Below, piece after piece: positions 39,978 through 48,347 of a stretch of 64,000 nucleotides of DNA. The position numbers and the translations under genes are program-made. Source of the stretch: Gemmatimonadaceae bacterium (lineage in GTDB: Bacteria > Gemmatimonadota > Gemmatimonadetes > Gemmatimonadales > Gemmatimonadaceae); NCBI GenBank assembly GCA_051859245.1, contig JBHYGA010000001.1, positions 672,001-736,000 on the forward strand. The letters run 5' to 3'. Positions within the stretch are counted from its first letter, which is position 1; every line of letters starts with the position of its first letter. A model generated the notes under the pieces. The model had not been told where the DNA came from, did not search any database, and saw only the letters and a list, made by a program, of their open reading frames with translations.

Positions 39978-40978
39978 ACTCCTCCATGACTGCTTTCACT
40001 CGTCGCACCAGACGTGCCGCGCTCGTGTGCAGCGCGTTCGCCATCGCCGCGTGCGCTGAAGAGCCGGCGCCCGTGGTGGCGGTTGCTGAAACCGGCAGCG
40101 TTTCGGGCATCCTGTTTTTTGACCGTGATAACAACGACGTGTTCACACCCACCAACGGCGATTCGATCATGCCGGGCGTGACGGTGCGATTGCTTGATCG
40201 CGGCACGACATCGGTGCTGGGATCCACCGTAACAGGCGCCGACGGACGCTACGCAATCAATGTGCCCGTGGGCACGCATGATCTCGACGTGGTGCGCTCA
40301 TCGGCCATCATTGCGAACCAGTTCATTTGGTGCGGCGCGCGTCCGAGCGTGTACGCGAACGAAGAAACGTTCGTGGCGACGCCGCTCAAGTTTGGTTGCG
40401 TGATTCGCATCAATCTGGCCAAGCCCAATCCGCTCGGCACAACGGTAACGATCGCCGGTGTGGTCACGGCGCAGCCTGGCCGGTTCCGCAATGACAACAT
40501 GTACATCCAGGATCAGACGGGCGGTATTCAGGTGTTCGGCGTATCGGCGGCACTCGGACTGCTCGAAGGTGACAGTGTTGAAGTCACGGGCGAGCTGGCG
40601 GCGTTCAACGATCAGTTGCAGATCAACGCCCCGCGCATCGCGGCCAACGTAAAGCGTGGCGTCACGATACCTGATCCTGTGCTGATTACCACGGGGCAGG
40701 CTGCATCGGCGACGACGCAGCTGTCACCAAACATTGGACGCCTGGTTCGTGTGCAGAAAGTGACCGTGGGAACGTTCGCGAGCGGCAACGCGCCAATGGA
40801 TGACGGATCTGGCGGTACGCTGCTGCGACTCGACTCGAATGCCAATACAACAATCGGGACTGGCCGATTCACGGCTGGTACCTGCTACAACATCACCGGG
40901 ATCCTCGGCTTTTTCCGTGGCGCAACGCAGTTGCAGCCGCGTGGACCCCAGGACGTGACGGAGGTTTCGTGCTCGTAA
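39974..40978 (+). CDS. Lipoprotein with one SdrD-B-like domain and an OB-fold pair (paralog of the upstream gene)
   Basis: Lipobox IAAC; LFFDRDNND; YIQDQTGGIQVF, GDSVEVTG, ITGILG....QLQPR. Confidence 0.8.
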   Translation: MNSSMTAFTRRTRRAALVCSAFAIAACAEEPAPVVAVAETGSVSGILFFDRDNNDVFTPTNGDSIMPGVTVRLLDRGTTSVLGSTVTGADGRYAINVPVGTHDLDVVRSSAIIANQFIWCGARPSVYANEETFVATPLKFGCVIRINLAKPNPLGTTVTIAGVVTAQPGRFRNDNMYIQDQTGGIQVFGVSAALGLLEGDSVEVTGELAAFNDQLQINAPRIAANVKRGVTIPDPVLITTGQAASATTQLSPNIGRLVRVQKVTVGTFASGNAPMDDGSGGTLLRLDSNANTTIGTGRFTAGTCYNITGILGFFRGATQLQPRGPQDVTEVSCS

Positions 40979-43900
40979 ATCAGGATCGTATCGGCGCTGC
41001 TCACCGCGCCACTCGTGCACTCGCTCGCTGGGCTGGTGCAACGGCAATGTTGGTTGCGTCGCTGCTTGCCACACGCACTGCCGCCGCGCAGGAAACCACG
41101 GGCTCGATTCGTGGTGTTGTCACCGCAGCCGACGCTACGCCGCTTGTCGGCGCCGTGGTGACCGCCAGAAATTCGGAAACCGGATTGTCGCGCAGCACGT
41201 CAGTGGCTGAAAGCGGTGTCTACGTGATCCGGTTGCTGCCGTCGGGTGTGTACAGCGTCACAGTGCGACGCATTGGAAGCCAGCAGCAGGAACGCACGGG
41301 CATTCGCGTGACCGTTGGAAGCACGGCGTCCGTCAACTTCGCGCTGTCCGACGCCGCTTCGGTGCTGTCGGCCGTGACCGTGACAGGCGCACAGCGCATC
41401 GACGTCGCCGAAGGCGGCGTGAAGCAGAACGTGTCGCAGGAAGAAATTCAGAACCTGCCCACACTCGGCCGCGACTTCACGGACTTCATCGCGTTGTCCG
41501 GTCTGGTGTCGCCGTCACCCGAGGCCACCACGGGCGGTCAGTTCTCTATTGCCGGCGCCCGCCCGTCGCAGACCAACGTGCAGCTCGACGGTGTCGACGC
41601 GAACAACAACTTCTTTGGCGAGAACCGCGGCGGTAGTCGCATTCCGTTCAACTTCTCGATTGAGTCGGTGAAGGAATTCCAGATTATCACGAACGGTTTT
41701 GATGTCGAGTACGGCAACTACGCCGGCGGCATCATCAACATCGTGTCGAAGGGTGGCACGAACAAGTTCCGCGCCACGGGTTACAGCAACTATCGCGGCG
41801 ATGCCCTCACGTCCGAGAATTTCAACGGCACGCCGGTGAACAACTTCCAGGCGCAGCAGTTTGCATTCCAGGCAGAAGGGCCACTCATTCGTGACAAGTT
41901 GTTCTGGCTGGTCTCGTTGGACGGACAGCGTCGTCGCGAACCGTTTGTGCCGCTTGGCCCGAATGAGCTGCGTAACAGAGCCGCTGATCTGGAGCGTCGC
42001 GCGGCGGCGTTCCCTGACTCGTCCGCCAACCTGCTCTCGCAGGCGCTGCGTCAGCGTACCACCGCCGATTCACTGGGCCGCTACTTCTCCATTCTCGAGG
42101 ACAAGTACGGCATCAGTGGCGCTGAGCGGGCGTACGACGAGTTTGCCACACGCAACGACGTGCTCACAGTATTCGCGCGACTCGATTGGAATATCAACGA
42201 TCGGAACCGTCTCTCGCTGCGCAACAGCTGGTCTGACTATGACAACGGCAACGAGACCTTCGGCGGTACATCCATTGGTGGCCTCTCGCAGGCCGAGGCA
42301 TTCCAGAATCGCACCAATGCGGTGGTCGGTGAACTCACCAGCACGCTGAGCGATCGGGCGTCGAACGTGTTCCGTTTTCAGTATTCCACCGAAGACCGTC
42401 CGCGTGTTGGCAATGATCTCAAGCCGCAGCTGCGTGTGAACAATGTGAATACGGGCTCGGCGTATGCGTGGGGTGGCAACAGCATCGCGTTCCGGAACCG
42501 GTTGATCGAGAACAAGATCCAGTTGGTGAACAACACCACGATTGATCTTGGCACACACACGCTCAAGTTCGGCACGAACAACATCTTCTCGCACTACGAG
42601 AACGACTTCTGGAATCAGGGTTCTGGTTTCTACACGTTCGACAACCTCGCGGCGCTCGAAGCGTTTCAGCCGCTGCAGTACACGCGAAACGTGCGCGCCG
42701 ACGGCTCGGCACCGCGCGCTGTGTTTGATGTACAGGAGTACTCGGTATACGGTCAGGACCAGTGGCGTGTCACGCCCCGGCTGCTGGCCACACTGGGCGT
42801 GCGCTACGACTACTCGCGTTTCGCCGACGCGCCGGGACGCGTGATTGACGCCGAGCGTGCCTTCGGAATTCAGACGGGTGTTGCACCGATCGACAAGAAC
42901 AACATCTCACCGCGTCTCGCGCTGGCGTGGGATCGCAATGGTGACGCCAGCGTGGTGTATCGCGCCGGTGTTGGCTTGTTCTACGGTCGTCTGCCCTCGG
43001 TGCTCGGTTCAAACGTTGGTATCACCGACGTACCGCTGCAGAACCTTGTGTGCAACGGCAGCGCGGCTGATGGCGATGCCAACGCGCCGCCGCCGGTTCA
43101 GAACTATGCAGACTGGGATGCGTCTGGTAACGACAATCCCTTCAACTGCGCCGGTGCCGCAGGTGTTGGCGGCATTCCCGAGTTCTCATTCTGGACACAG
43201 GGATTCGAGATTCCTGAGACGTATCGCGCGAATCTCGGGTACGAGCGCGAGCTCGGACGTCGCACCCGTTTTTCGGCGGACTATCTCTACGCCCTCACGT
43301 CCAAGCTATACACGGTGCGAAACACCAACCTCCGTCAGTCGGTGTTCTCGCTCGCGAACGAAGGTGGCCGTCAGGTGTTTGTGCCGGTCGATCGCTTCGC
43401 GCCCAACGCAGCCGCCGGCAATGATCGTTTGCTCAATACCGATTTCGGCAACGTCTTCCAGAACTTCTACGACGGCAACGCGGTCTCGCACTCGTTGACG
43501 TTCAACGTGGATCAGCGACTCGGCACCGAGTCGTCGGTGCGCGCGTCGTACACGTATGTCACGGCGTCGGACAACAGTGCGTTCTCTTGCTGCACATCCT
43601 TTTCGGGATGGAGCGATACGCGCATTGGTGGCACGGGACCGAACGACATTGGTGGCGTGGGCGATACAGACAAGGCGTGGGGCCCGTCGAGCTTTGTGCG
43701 CAACCACACGGTGATTGTATCTGGCTACGCGCCCCTGCCGTTGGGCTTCCGCCTCAGCGGCATCTGGCGCCTGCAGAGCGGCACGCCGTGGGGCCCGGAG
43801 CAGGGTGGTGATCTGAACGGCGACGGCCTGTCGTTCAACGATCGCCCGTTCATCTTTGCGCCGGATCAGTTCCCCGTTGCGATTCCAACGAGCATCACCG

Positions 43901-44316
43901 GTGCGTCGGCGCAGGCCGAGTACGTCGCGGCGCAGCGCGAAGTGTACAAGAGCTACCTCGATGCGAATCCGTGCATCAGTGAACACATTGGCTCGATCAT
44001 TCCGCGCAACACATGCCGTCAGCCCTGGTTCAACCGCCTCGATCTGTCGCTGCGCAATCGCATTCCGGTTCGCGGTGGCCAGTACGCTGAACTGTCATTC
44101 GACTTTTTCAACGTGCTCAACGGCCTCAACAAGGATTGGGGCAAGTACCAGTCCGTGTCCGCCGCGCGTCGCAACCTGATGGTGCCCGCTTCATACGATG
44201 CCGCTGGCGAAACCATCCGCTACAACCTGACGGACGACTTCGGCGACACAACCCCGCTCGGCGCCAATCTGCTGCTGCAGTTCAGCATGCAGGTCGGTGT
44301 GCGCTACGTGTTCTAG
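40969..44316 (+). CDS. TonB-dependent receptor (Oar-like)
   Basis: Signal peptide, LGRDFTDF, ESVKEFQI, NIVSKGGTN, NNISPRL, terminal QVGVRYVF. Confidence 0.92.
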   Translation: MLVNQDRIGAAHRATRALARWAGATAMLVASLLATRTAAAQETTGSIRGVVTAADATPLVGAVVTARNSETGLSRSTSVAESGVYVIRLLPSGVYSVTVRRIGSQQQERTGIRVTVGSTASVNFALSDAASVLSAVTVTGAQRIDVAEGGVKQNVSQEEIQNLPTLGRDFTDFIALSGLVSPSPEATTGGQFSIAGARPSQTNVQLDGVDANNNFFGENRGGSRIPFNFSIESVKEFQIITNGFDVEYGNYAGGIINIVSKGGTNKFRATGYSNYRGDALTSENFNGTPVNNFQAQQFAFQAEGPLIRDKLFWLVSLDGQRRREPFVPLGPNELRNRAADLERRAAAFPDSSANLLSQALRQRTTADSLGRYFSILEDKYGISGAERAYDEFATRNDVLTVFARLDWNINDRNRLSLRNSWSDYDNGNETFGGTSIGGLSQAEAFQNRTNAVVGELTSTLSDRASNVFRFQYSTEDRPRVGNDLKPQLRVNNVNTGSAYAWGGNSIAFRNRLIENKIQLVNNTTIDLGTHTLKFGTNNIFSHYENDFWNQGSGFYTFDNLAALEAFQPLQYTRNVRADGSAPRAVFDVQEYSVYGQDQWRVTPRLLATLGVRYDYSRFADAPGRVIDAERAFGIQTGVAPIDKNNISPRLALAWDRNGDASVVYRAGVGLFYGRLPSVLGSNVGITDVPLQNLVCNGSAADGDANAPPPVQNYADWDASGNDNPFNCAGAAGVGGIPEFSFWTQGFEIPETYRANLGYERELGRRTRFSADYLYALTSKLYTVRNTNLRQSVFSLANEGGRQVFVPVDRFAPNAAAGNDRLLNTDFGNVFQNFYDGNAVSHSLTFNVDQRLGTESSVRASYTYVTASDNSAFSCCTSFSGWSDTRIGGTGPNDIGGVGDTDKAWGPSSFVRNHTVIVSGYAPLPLGFRLSGIWRLQSGTPWGPEQGGDLNGDGLSFNDRPFIFAPDQFPVAIPTSITGASAQAEYVAAQREVYKSYLDANPCISEHIGSIIPRNTCRQPWFNRLDLSLRNRIPVRGGQYAELSFDFFNVLNGLNKDWGKYQSVSAARRNLMVPASYDAAGETIRYNLTDDFGDTTPLGANLLLQFSMQVGVRYVF

Positions 44317-44331
44317 TCGCCTCCAGTCGTC

Positions 44332-44372
44332 AAACGCCCCCGTCGCGATCCTTCGCGGCGGGGGCGTTTTTC
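44332..44372 (+). terminator. Intrinsic terminator
   Basis: AAACGCCCCCGTCGCGA-tcct-TCGCGGCGGGGGCGTTTTT. Confidence 0.85.
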
Positions 44373-44379
44373 ATTCCCC

Positions 44380-44566
44380 TAAGTTGTTGCTGTTTTCGTG
44401 TTCTTCGTGCTTTCGTGCCCTTCCCGCCGCAGTTCCCTTGCACTAGGCGCACGCGCGCATTCACGATCCGCCGCTGCGGCGGATTCCCCGAGATGCTCCT
44501 AATGCGAGGGAACTGCGGCGGGAAGGACACGAAAGCACGAAGGACACGAAGAAGAGCAACTGCTTA
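44380..44566. repeat. ~62-bp inverted repeat pair with triple CACGAA units and an internal hairpin (REP/REPIN-like)
   Basis: Arms 44386-44447 and 44498-44560 are reverse complements with few mismatches; inner ATCCGCCGC-t-GCGGCGGAT. Confidence 0.9.
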
Positions 44567-45424
44567 ATTGATTGGGAACTCGGGAATGAGTGTGAGGAGT
44601 TCTGGCCAATCGATGTACGGATTGCGATTGCCCTGCGCGCGTTGCACCGCGTCGTTACGGGCGCGCTCCCATGCGTCGGGGGCGTCTTCACGGGCCCACG
44701 CAATGATCAGGTCGCGTTCGAAGGCGAAGTTCGCCAGGCTGTAACCTGCTGGGCGCTGCGTGTTGTACCGCGTGTAGAAGTAGAGCAGGGCGCGCGCGAT
44801 GTCACCGCGTTTGCTCGGGCGCGGCTCGAATACAATCTGGCCGCTGTTGCCGTTCGAGTAGCCGAGTCGACTCACGTCGCCGGGCGTTTGCGGATTGGTG
44901 CTGGTCCACAACACGGTGCCGCGTACAACGCCAAAGGGAAAGTTGGAGCGCTGCGAGTTGGCGGTTTCGTCACTGGAGAACAGATGGTGCAAGTCGCTCA
45001 GGCCCGGCTCGTTTTCGGCGCCACGGCTTCTCGGCCACACATGCTCGGTGTTGATGTTGTTCGCCGCGGCGGTTGCGCGCGTGGTCACACCGGGCACCGC
45101 GCGACCTGTGTACAGATCAGTGATGAACGGCTGGTTGCCACGATCAATGAAGAGGTACAACGAATCGCGCGCGAACGTGTAGTCGAGCACGCGCTGTCCG
45201 CGAATGATTTCGTGTACGGTGGTGAGCAAGGCCGCGCCGCACCGGCTGCGCGCCGTGTTGTAATAGCCACCCGCCACGTCGGGCGGCACGGTGGTGCAGG
45301 TGTTTGGTGGCGGGATAACCGGGCCAACGGTATCTTCGAAACCGCTGCACGCGGAAAGCGCGAAGACCGCACCCACGATAGTGCTTTGCACCGTGAGGCG
45401 CGACAGAACGAACATTTTATGCAT
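44564..45424 (-). CDS. Endonuclease I (Bsn/EndA-type His-Me nuclease) lipoprotein
   Basis: Lipobox LSAC; NTEHVWPRSRG, SDLHHLF, NSQRSNFPFG, FEPR..KRGDIARALLYF, QGNRNPYID. Confidence 0.9.
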   Translation of the reverse strand: MHKMFVLSRLTVQSTIVGAVFALSACSGFEDTVGPVIPPPNTCTTVPPDVAGGYYNTARSRCGAALLTTVHEIIRGQRVLDYTFARDSLYLFIDRGNQPFITDLYTGRAVPGVTTRATAAANNINTEHVWPRSRGAENEPGLSDLHHLFSSDETANSQRSNFPFGVVRGTVLWTSTNPQTPGDVSRLGYSNGNSGQIVFEPRPSKRGDIARALLYFYTRYNTQRPAGYSLANFAFERDLIIAWAREDAPDAWERARNDAVQRAQGNRNPYIDWPELLTLIPEFPIN

Positions 45425-45465
45425 AACGCAAAGACTGCCAGCTGAAGAACAGAACGAAGCGTCTC

Positions 45466-46347
45466 TTAGAAGACGCGAAGATTGATGTAACGTCGCGGGT
45501 TCGCCTTTACATCGGCCACAAGCTGATCAAGACGGAGCAGGAGCGAATCCACGCGCGCGTAAACAGCGGGGTCGTTCAGGAACTTGGCCGCGGTGCCCGG
45601 ACCCGAATCCACTTTGGACAGAATGGAGCTCACCTGCGAGCGTGTCTGCTCCAGATCTTTGGTCAGCTGCGCCAGATTTGCGCTGCTTGTACGAAACGCG
45701 CGCAACGTGGAGTCTACGACCGACGAGTCAACCGAAGCCAACGTTGATCGCAGCTGACGCTGCGTGGTGGACAGCTCACGGGATTGATCGGCCGCAATGG
45801 TGCCCAACTGCGCGGTGAGTGTGCTCAGTTCAGCAATCGCCTTGCGAATGTCGGCCAGTCCACCGCCGGTGACAAACTCCGCGCGTACCGCGGCCGCAAG
45901 CGTTTGCACCTCGGCCGCCACCGAATCGGCCTTCGTGAGCACTTCACCCGTGGTCGCCGATCCCTTGCCCGTTGGAATCGTATCGCCTTCAGGCATGTAG
46001 GTTGTCACCGCAAGCTTCGGCGACAGCGCAATGAGCTGATCACCGAAGATACCGTTTGGTTCAACGGCGGCGGTGGTGCTGTCGGGAATCTGATATTCCT
46101 TTTTGACAGACAGCGTGACCAGCAGCGTGCCATTGGGCACCAGTTCCACTTTGCGCACGAAGCCCACGTTCACACCGGCCAGGAGCACCGGCTGTCCGTT
46201 CTTGAGACCGGCGCCCCATGGGAACACCGCGTACATGGGATAGCCGGTGGCCAGACCGCCGCGCGCCAACCACACCGTGCCGGCCACGCCGACAATCACG
46301 GTGAAGATCAGCATGAGGCCTACAAGCACTTCGTCACGACGTTTCAT
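45466..46347 (-). CDS. mlaD: MCE/MlaD family protein
   Basis: N-terminal TM, GLKNGQPVLLAGVNVG.V, GIFGDQLIAL, coiled coil, D.KANPRRYI. Confidence 0.85.
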   Translation of the reverse strand: MKRRDEVLVGLMLIFTVIVGVAGTVWLARGGLATGYPMYAVFPWGAGLKNGQPVLLAGVNVGFVRKVELVPNGTLLVTLSVKKEYQIPDSTTAAVEPNGIFGDQLIALSPKLAVTTYMPEGDTIPTGKGSATTGEVLTKADSVAAEVQTLAAAVRAEFVTGGGLADIRKAIAELSTLTAQLGTIAADQSRELSTTQRQLRSTLASVDSSVVDSTLRAFRTSSANLAQLTKDLEQTRSQVSSILSKVDSGPGTAAKFLNDPAVYARVDSLLLRLDQLVADVKANPRRYINLRVF

Positions 46348-46399
46348 GCCACGGATCCGGTGAAATCACTGAAAAAAGAAGTGCGCGAGGCCACGAGGC

Positions 46400-47188
46400 T
46401 CACGCTTGAACAAACGGGGCAAAGATTGCAGCAACGATCGCATCGAGCGTGAGAATAGCCACCGACGTGATAACAACCGCCGTGGCCGTTGCCTGCCCAA
46501 CACCTTCCGCTCCCGCCTTCGCGATATACCCCTGATACGAACACACAAACGCGATCGCGGCACCAAAGCATGTTGCCTTGATGAGACTGTAGATCACCTG
46601 AAACGGTGTGAAGGCGATGCGTAATCCTTCCACGTAGTCCACGGTGCGTACGTCGGTCGCAAGAATCAACGTGAGCCAGGCGCTCACAAGTGCGGCCGTG
46701 TTCGCGAGCATGGTCAGTGCCGGTAGCATCACCAGCGCGGCCAGAATGCGCGGCAGCGAAAGAAACGCCACGGGGTCGTAGGCCAGCGTTTCCAGAGCGT
46801 CAATTTGTTCGGTCACGCGCATCGTGCCGATTTCCGCTGTCATGCGCGCACCCACGCGACCGGTGAGTACGAGTGCCGTGAGCAGTGGCCCAAGTTCAAG
46901 CACAATACTCTGACGCGTAATCAGGCCGACCGCTGACACCTGCACGCCGGGAAAGAGCTGAAATCGCGTTTGAAACGCCGTAACGCCACCGAGAAATCCG
47001 GCCACAATGATCGTGAGCAGCACGGACTCTACACCAATCACGCGCATCTGACGAATCGTCTCGCGCGGCCAGGTGTCGACTTCGCGCGCCGAGCGAATGA
47101 TGTCGCGCAAGTAGTAGCCGTACACACCAACGCCGGTGAGCGTGGTTCGCACGGCGCCGTGCATCGCGCGCCAGGTTGCCTCTAGCAT
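46400..47188 (-). CDS. mlaE: MlaE family ABC permease
   Basis: ELGPLLTALVLTGRVGARMTAEIGTMRVTEQIDALE, GAEGVGQAT. Confidence 0.92.
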   Translation of the reverse strand: MLEATWRAMHGAVRTTLTGVGVYGYYLRDIIRSAREVDTWPRETIRQMRVIGVESVLLTIIVAGFLGGVTAFQTRFQLFPGVQVSAVGLITRQSIVLELGPLLTALVLTGRVGARMTAEIGTMRVTEQIDALETLAYDPVAFLSLPRILAALVMLPALTMLANTAALVSAWLTLILATDVRTVDYVEGLRIAFTPFQVIYSLIKATCFGAAIAFVCSYQGYIAKAGAEGVGQATATAVVITSVAILTLDAIVAAIFAPFVQA

Positions 47189-47192
47189 CTCA

Positions 47193-48347
47193 TTACGTCC
47201 GGACGCGGGCGAGCAGCACAACCGCTACGGCACCCACCAAAATGTTGGGGAACCATGCCGCCAGCTCTGGAGAAACAAGCCCGGACTTGCCCACTGCCTT
47301 CGTCAACTGAATCAGTACCAGAATGGCTACCGTGGTACCGAGACTGACCGCCACACCAAACGCCGTTCCGCCCCGCTGTGTGCTGGTAGCCAGCGGCGCG
47401 CCGAACATGGCGATCAGAATGCACGTGACGGGCACGGCGATCTTGAGCATGAGCTCAACACGTAGCCCGCGCACGTCCGAACCTGCCCGCTCGAGTGTGG
47501 TGATAAAACTCGCCAGCTGGCGGTACGTCATTTCATCCGGCGCTTTATCTGACGCGCGCAACTCTGTTGGCGTTTCCGTCATCGAGCGTTCCAGCAGCGA
47601 GTCGAACGCAATGACAATGTCGCGCGAGTTGTCGGGCATCATGTGCAGATACCCGGTGCGCAACATCCACCCCTGCTGAGGCGACCACGAGGCTTTCTCG
47701 GCCGAGACCAGTCGACTCGGCGTGAGCGAATCTCCGCGGACCTCGGTTTCTACACCTTGCATGGTGCCGTCTTGCACGTTCAGGAACGTGGCGCGCACCA
47801 CACGACCTGCTTCGCCGCCGAACACAAAGTTGTAGCGCGTGTTCACCGACTCATTGCACACCGCCATCCCTCCGGACGGCGCTACGGGCGTCTGACACGA
47901 CTCACGAAGCAGCTCAAGGCGTTTGGACGTAGCCGGTGGTGCGAGTTCGCCAATGACGAGACCGAGCACCGCCGCAAAGACGCTGAGTACCCAGATCGGC
48001 GCCACAACCCGATGAAAGCTCATCCCCGATGCTTTTGCAGCGGTGATCTCGGCGTGTCTCGTGAAGTTGCCAACCGAAAACACCGTGGCGAACAGCACGG
48101 CGGCCGGCAGCACCTTGTACATGGTGTCCGGCAGGAAATACCAATAGCTCAGCGCAATTTCCTGGAATGGAATGTTGCGTTCAGTGTACTTGCGGAGATT
48201 GTCAACGATATCCACCACGAACACCAGAAATGGAAATCCAAGACTGGTTACGAGGAAGATGCGCAGAAACTCTACGGCGACGTAGCGATCAAGGGGACGC
48301 AGAATGCGCCAGCGTCGACGCGGTTTGGAGGCGGCAACATCACTCAC
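47193..48347 (-). CDS. lptG: LptF/LptG family permease (LptG-like)
   Basis: LDRYV, LPAAVLFA, EITAAKASG, PELAAWFPN. Confidence 0.85.
   Translation of the reverse strand: MSDVAASKPRRRWRILRPLDRYVAVEFLRIFLVTSLGFPFLVFVVDIVDNLRKYTERNIPFQEIALSYWYFLPDTMYKVLPAAVLFATVFSVGNFTRHAEITAAKASGMSFHRVVAPIWVLSVFAAVLGLVIGELAPPATSKRLELLRESCQTPVAPSGGMAVCNESVNTRYNFVFGGEAGRVVRATFLNVQDGTMQGVETEVRGDSLTPSRLVSAEKASWSPQQGWMLRTGYLHMMPDNSRDIVIAFDSLLERSMTETPTELRASDKAPDEMTYRQLASFITTLERAGSDVRGLRVELMLKIAVPVTCILIAMFGAPLATSTQRGGTAFGVAVSLGTTVAILVLIQLTKAVGKSGLVSPELAAWFPNILVGAVAVVLLARVRT

Noticed and set aside
44380..44566. Repeat region considered as a CRISPR array
   Set aside because: The repeats are inverted pairs with short tandem units, not direct repeats with unique spacers; no cas genes.
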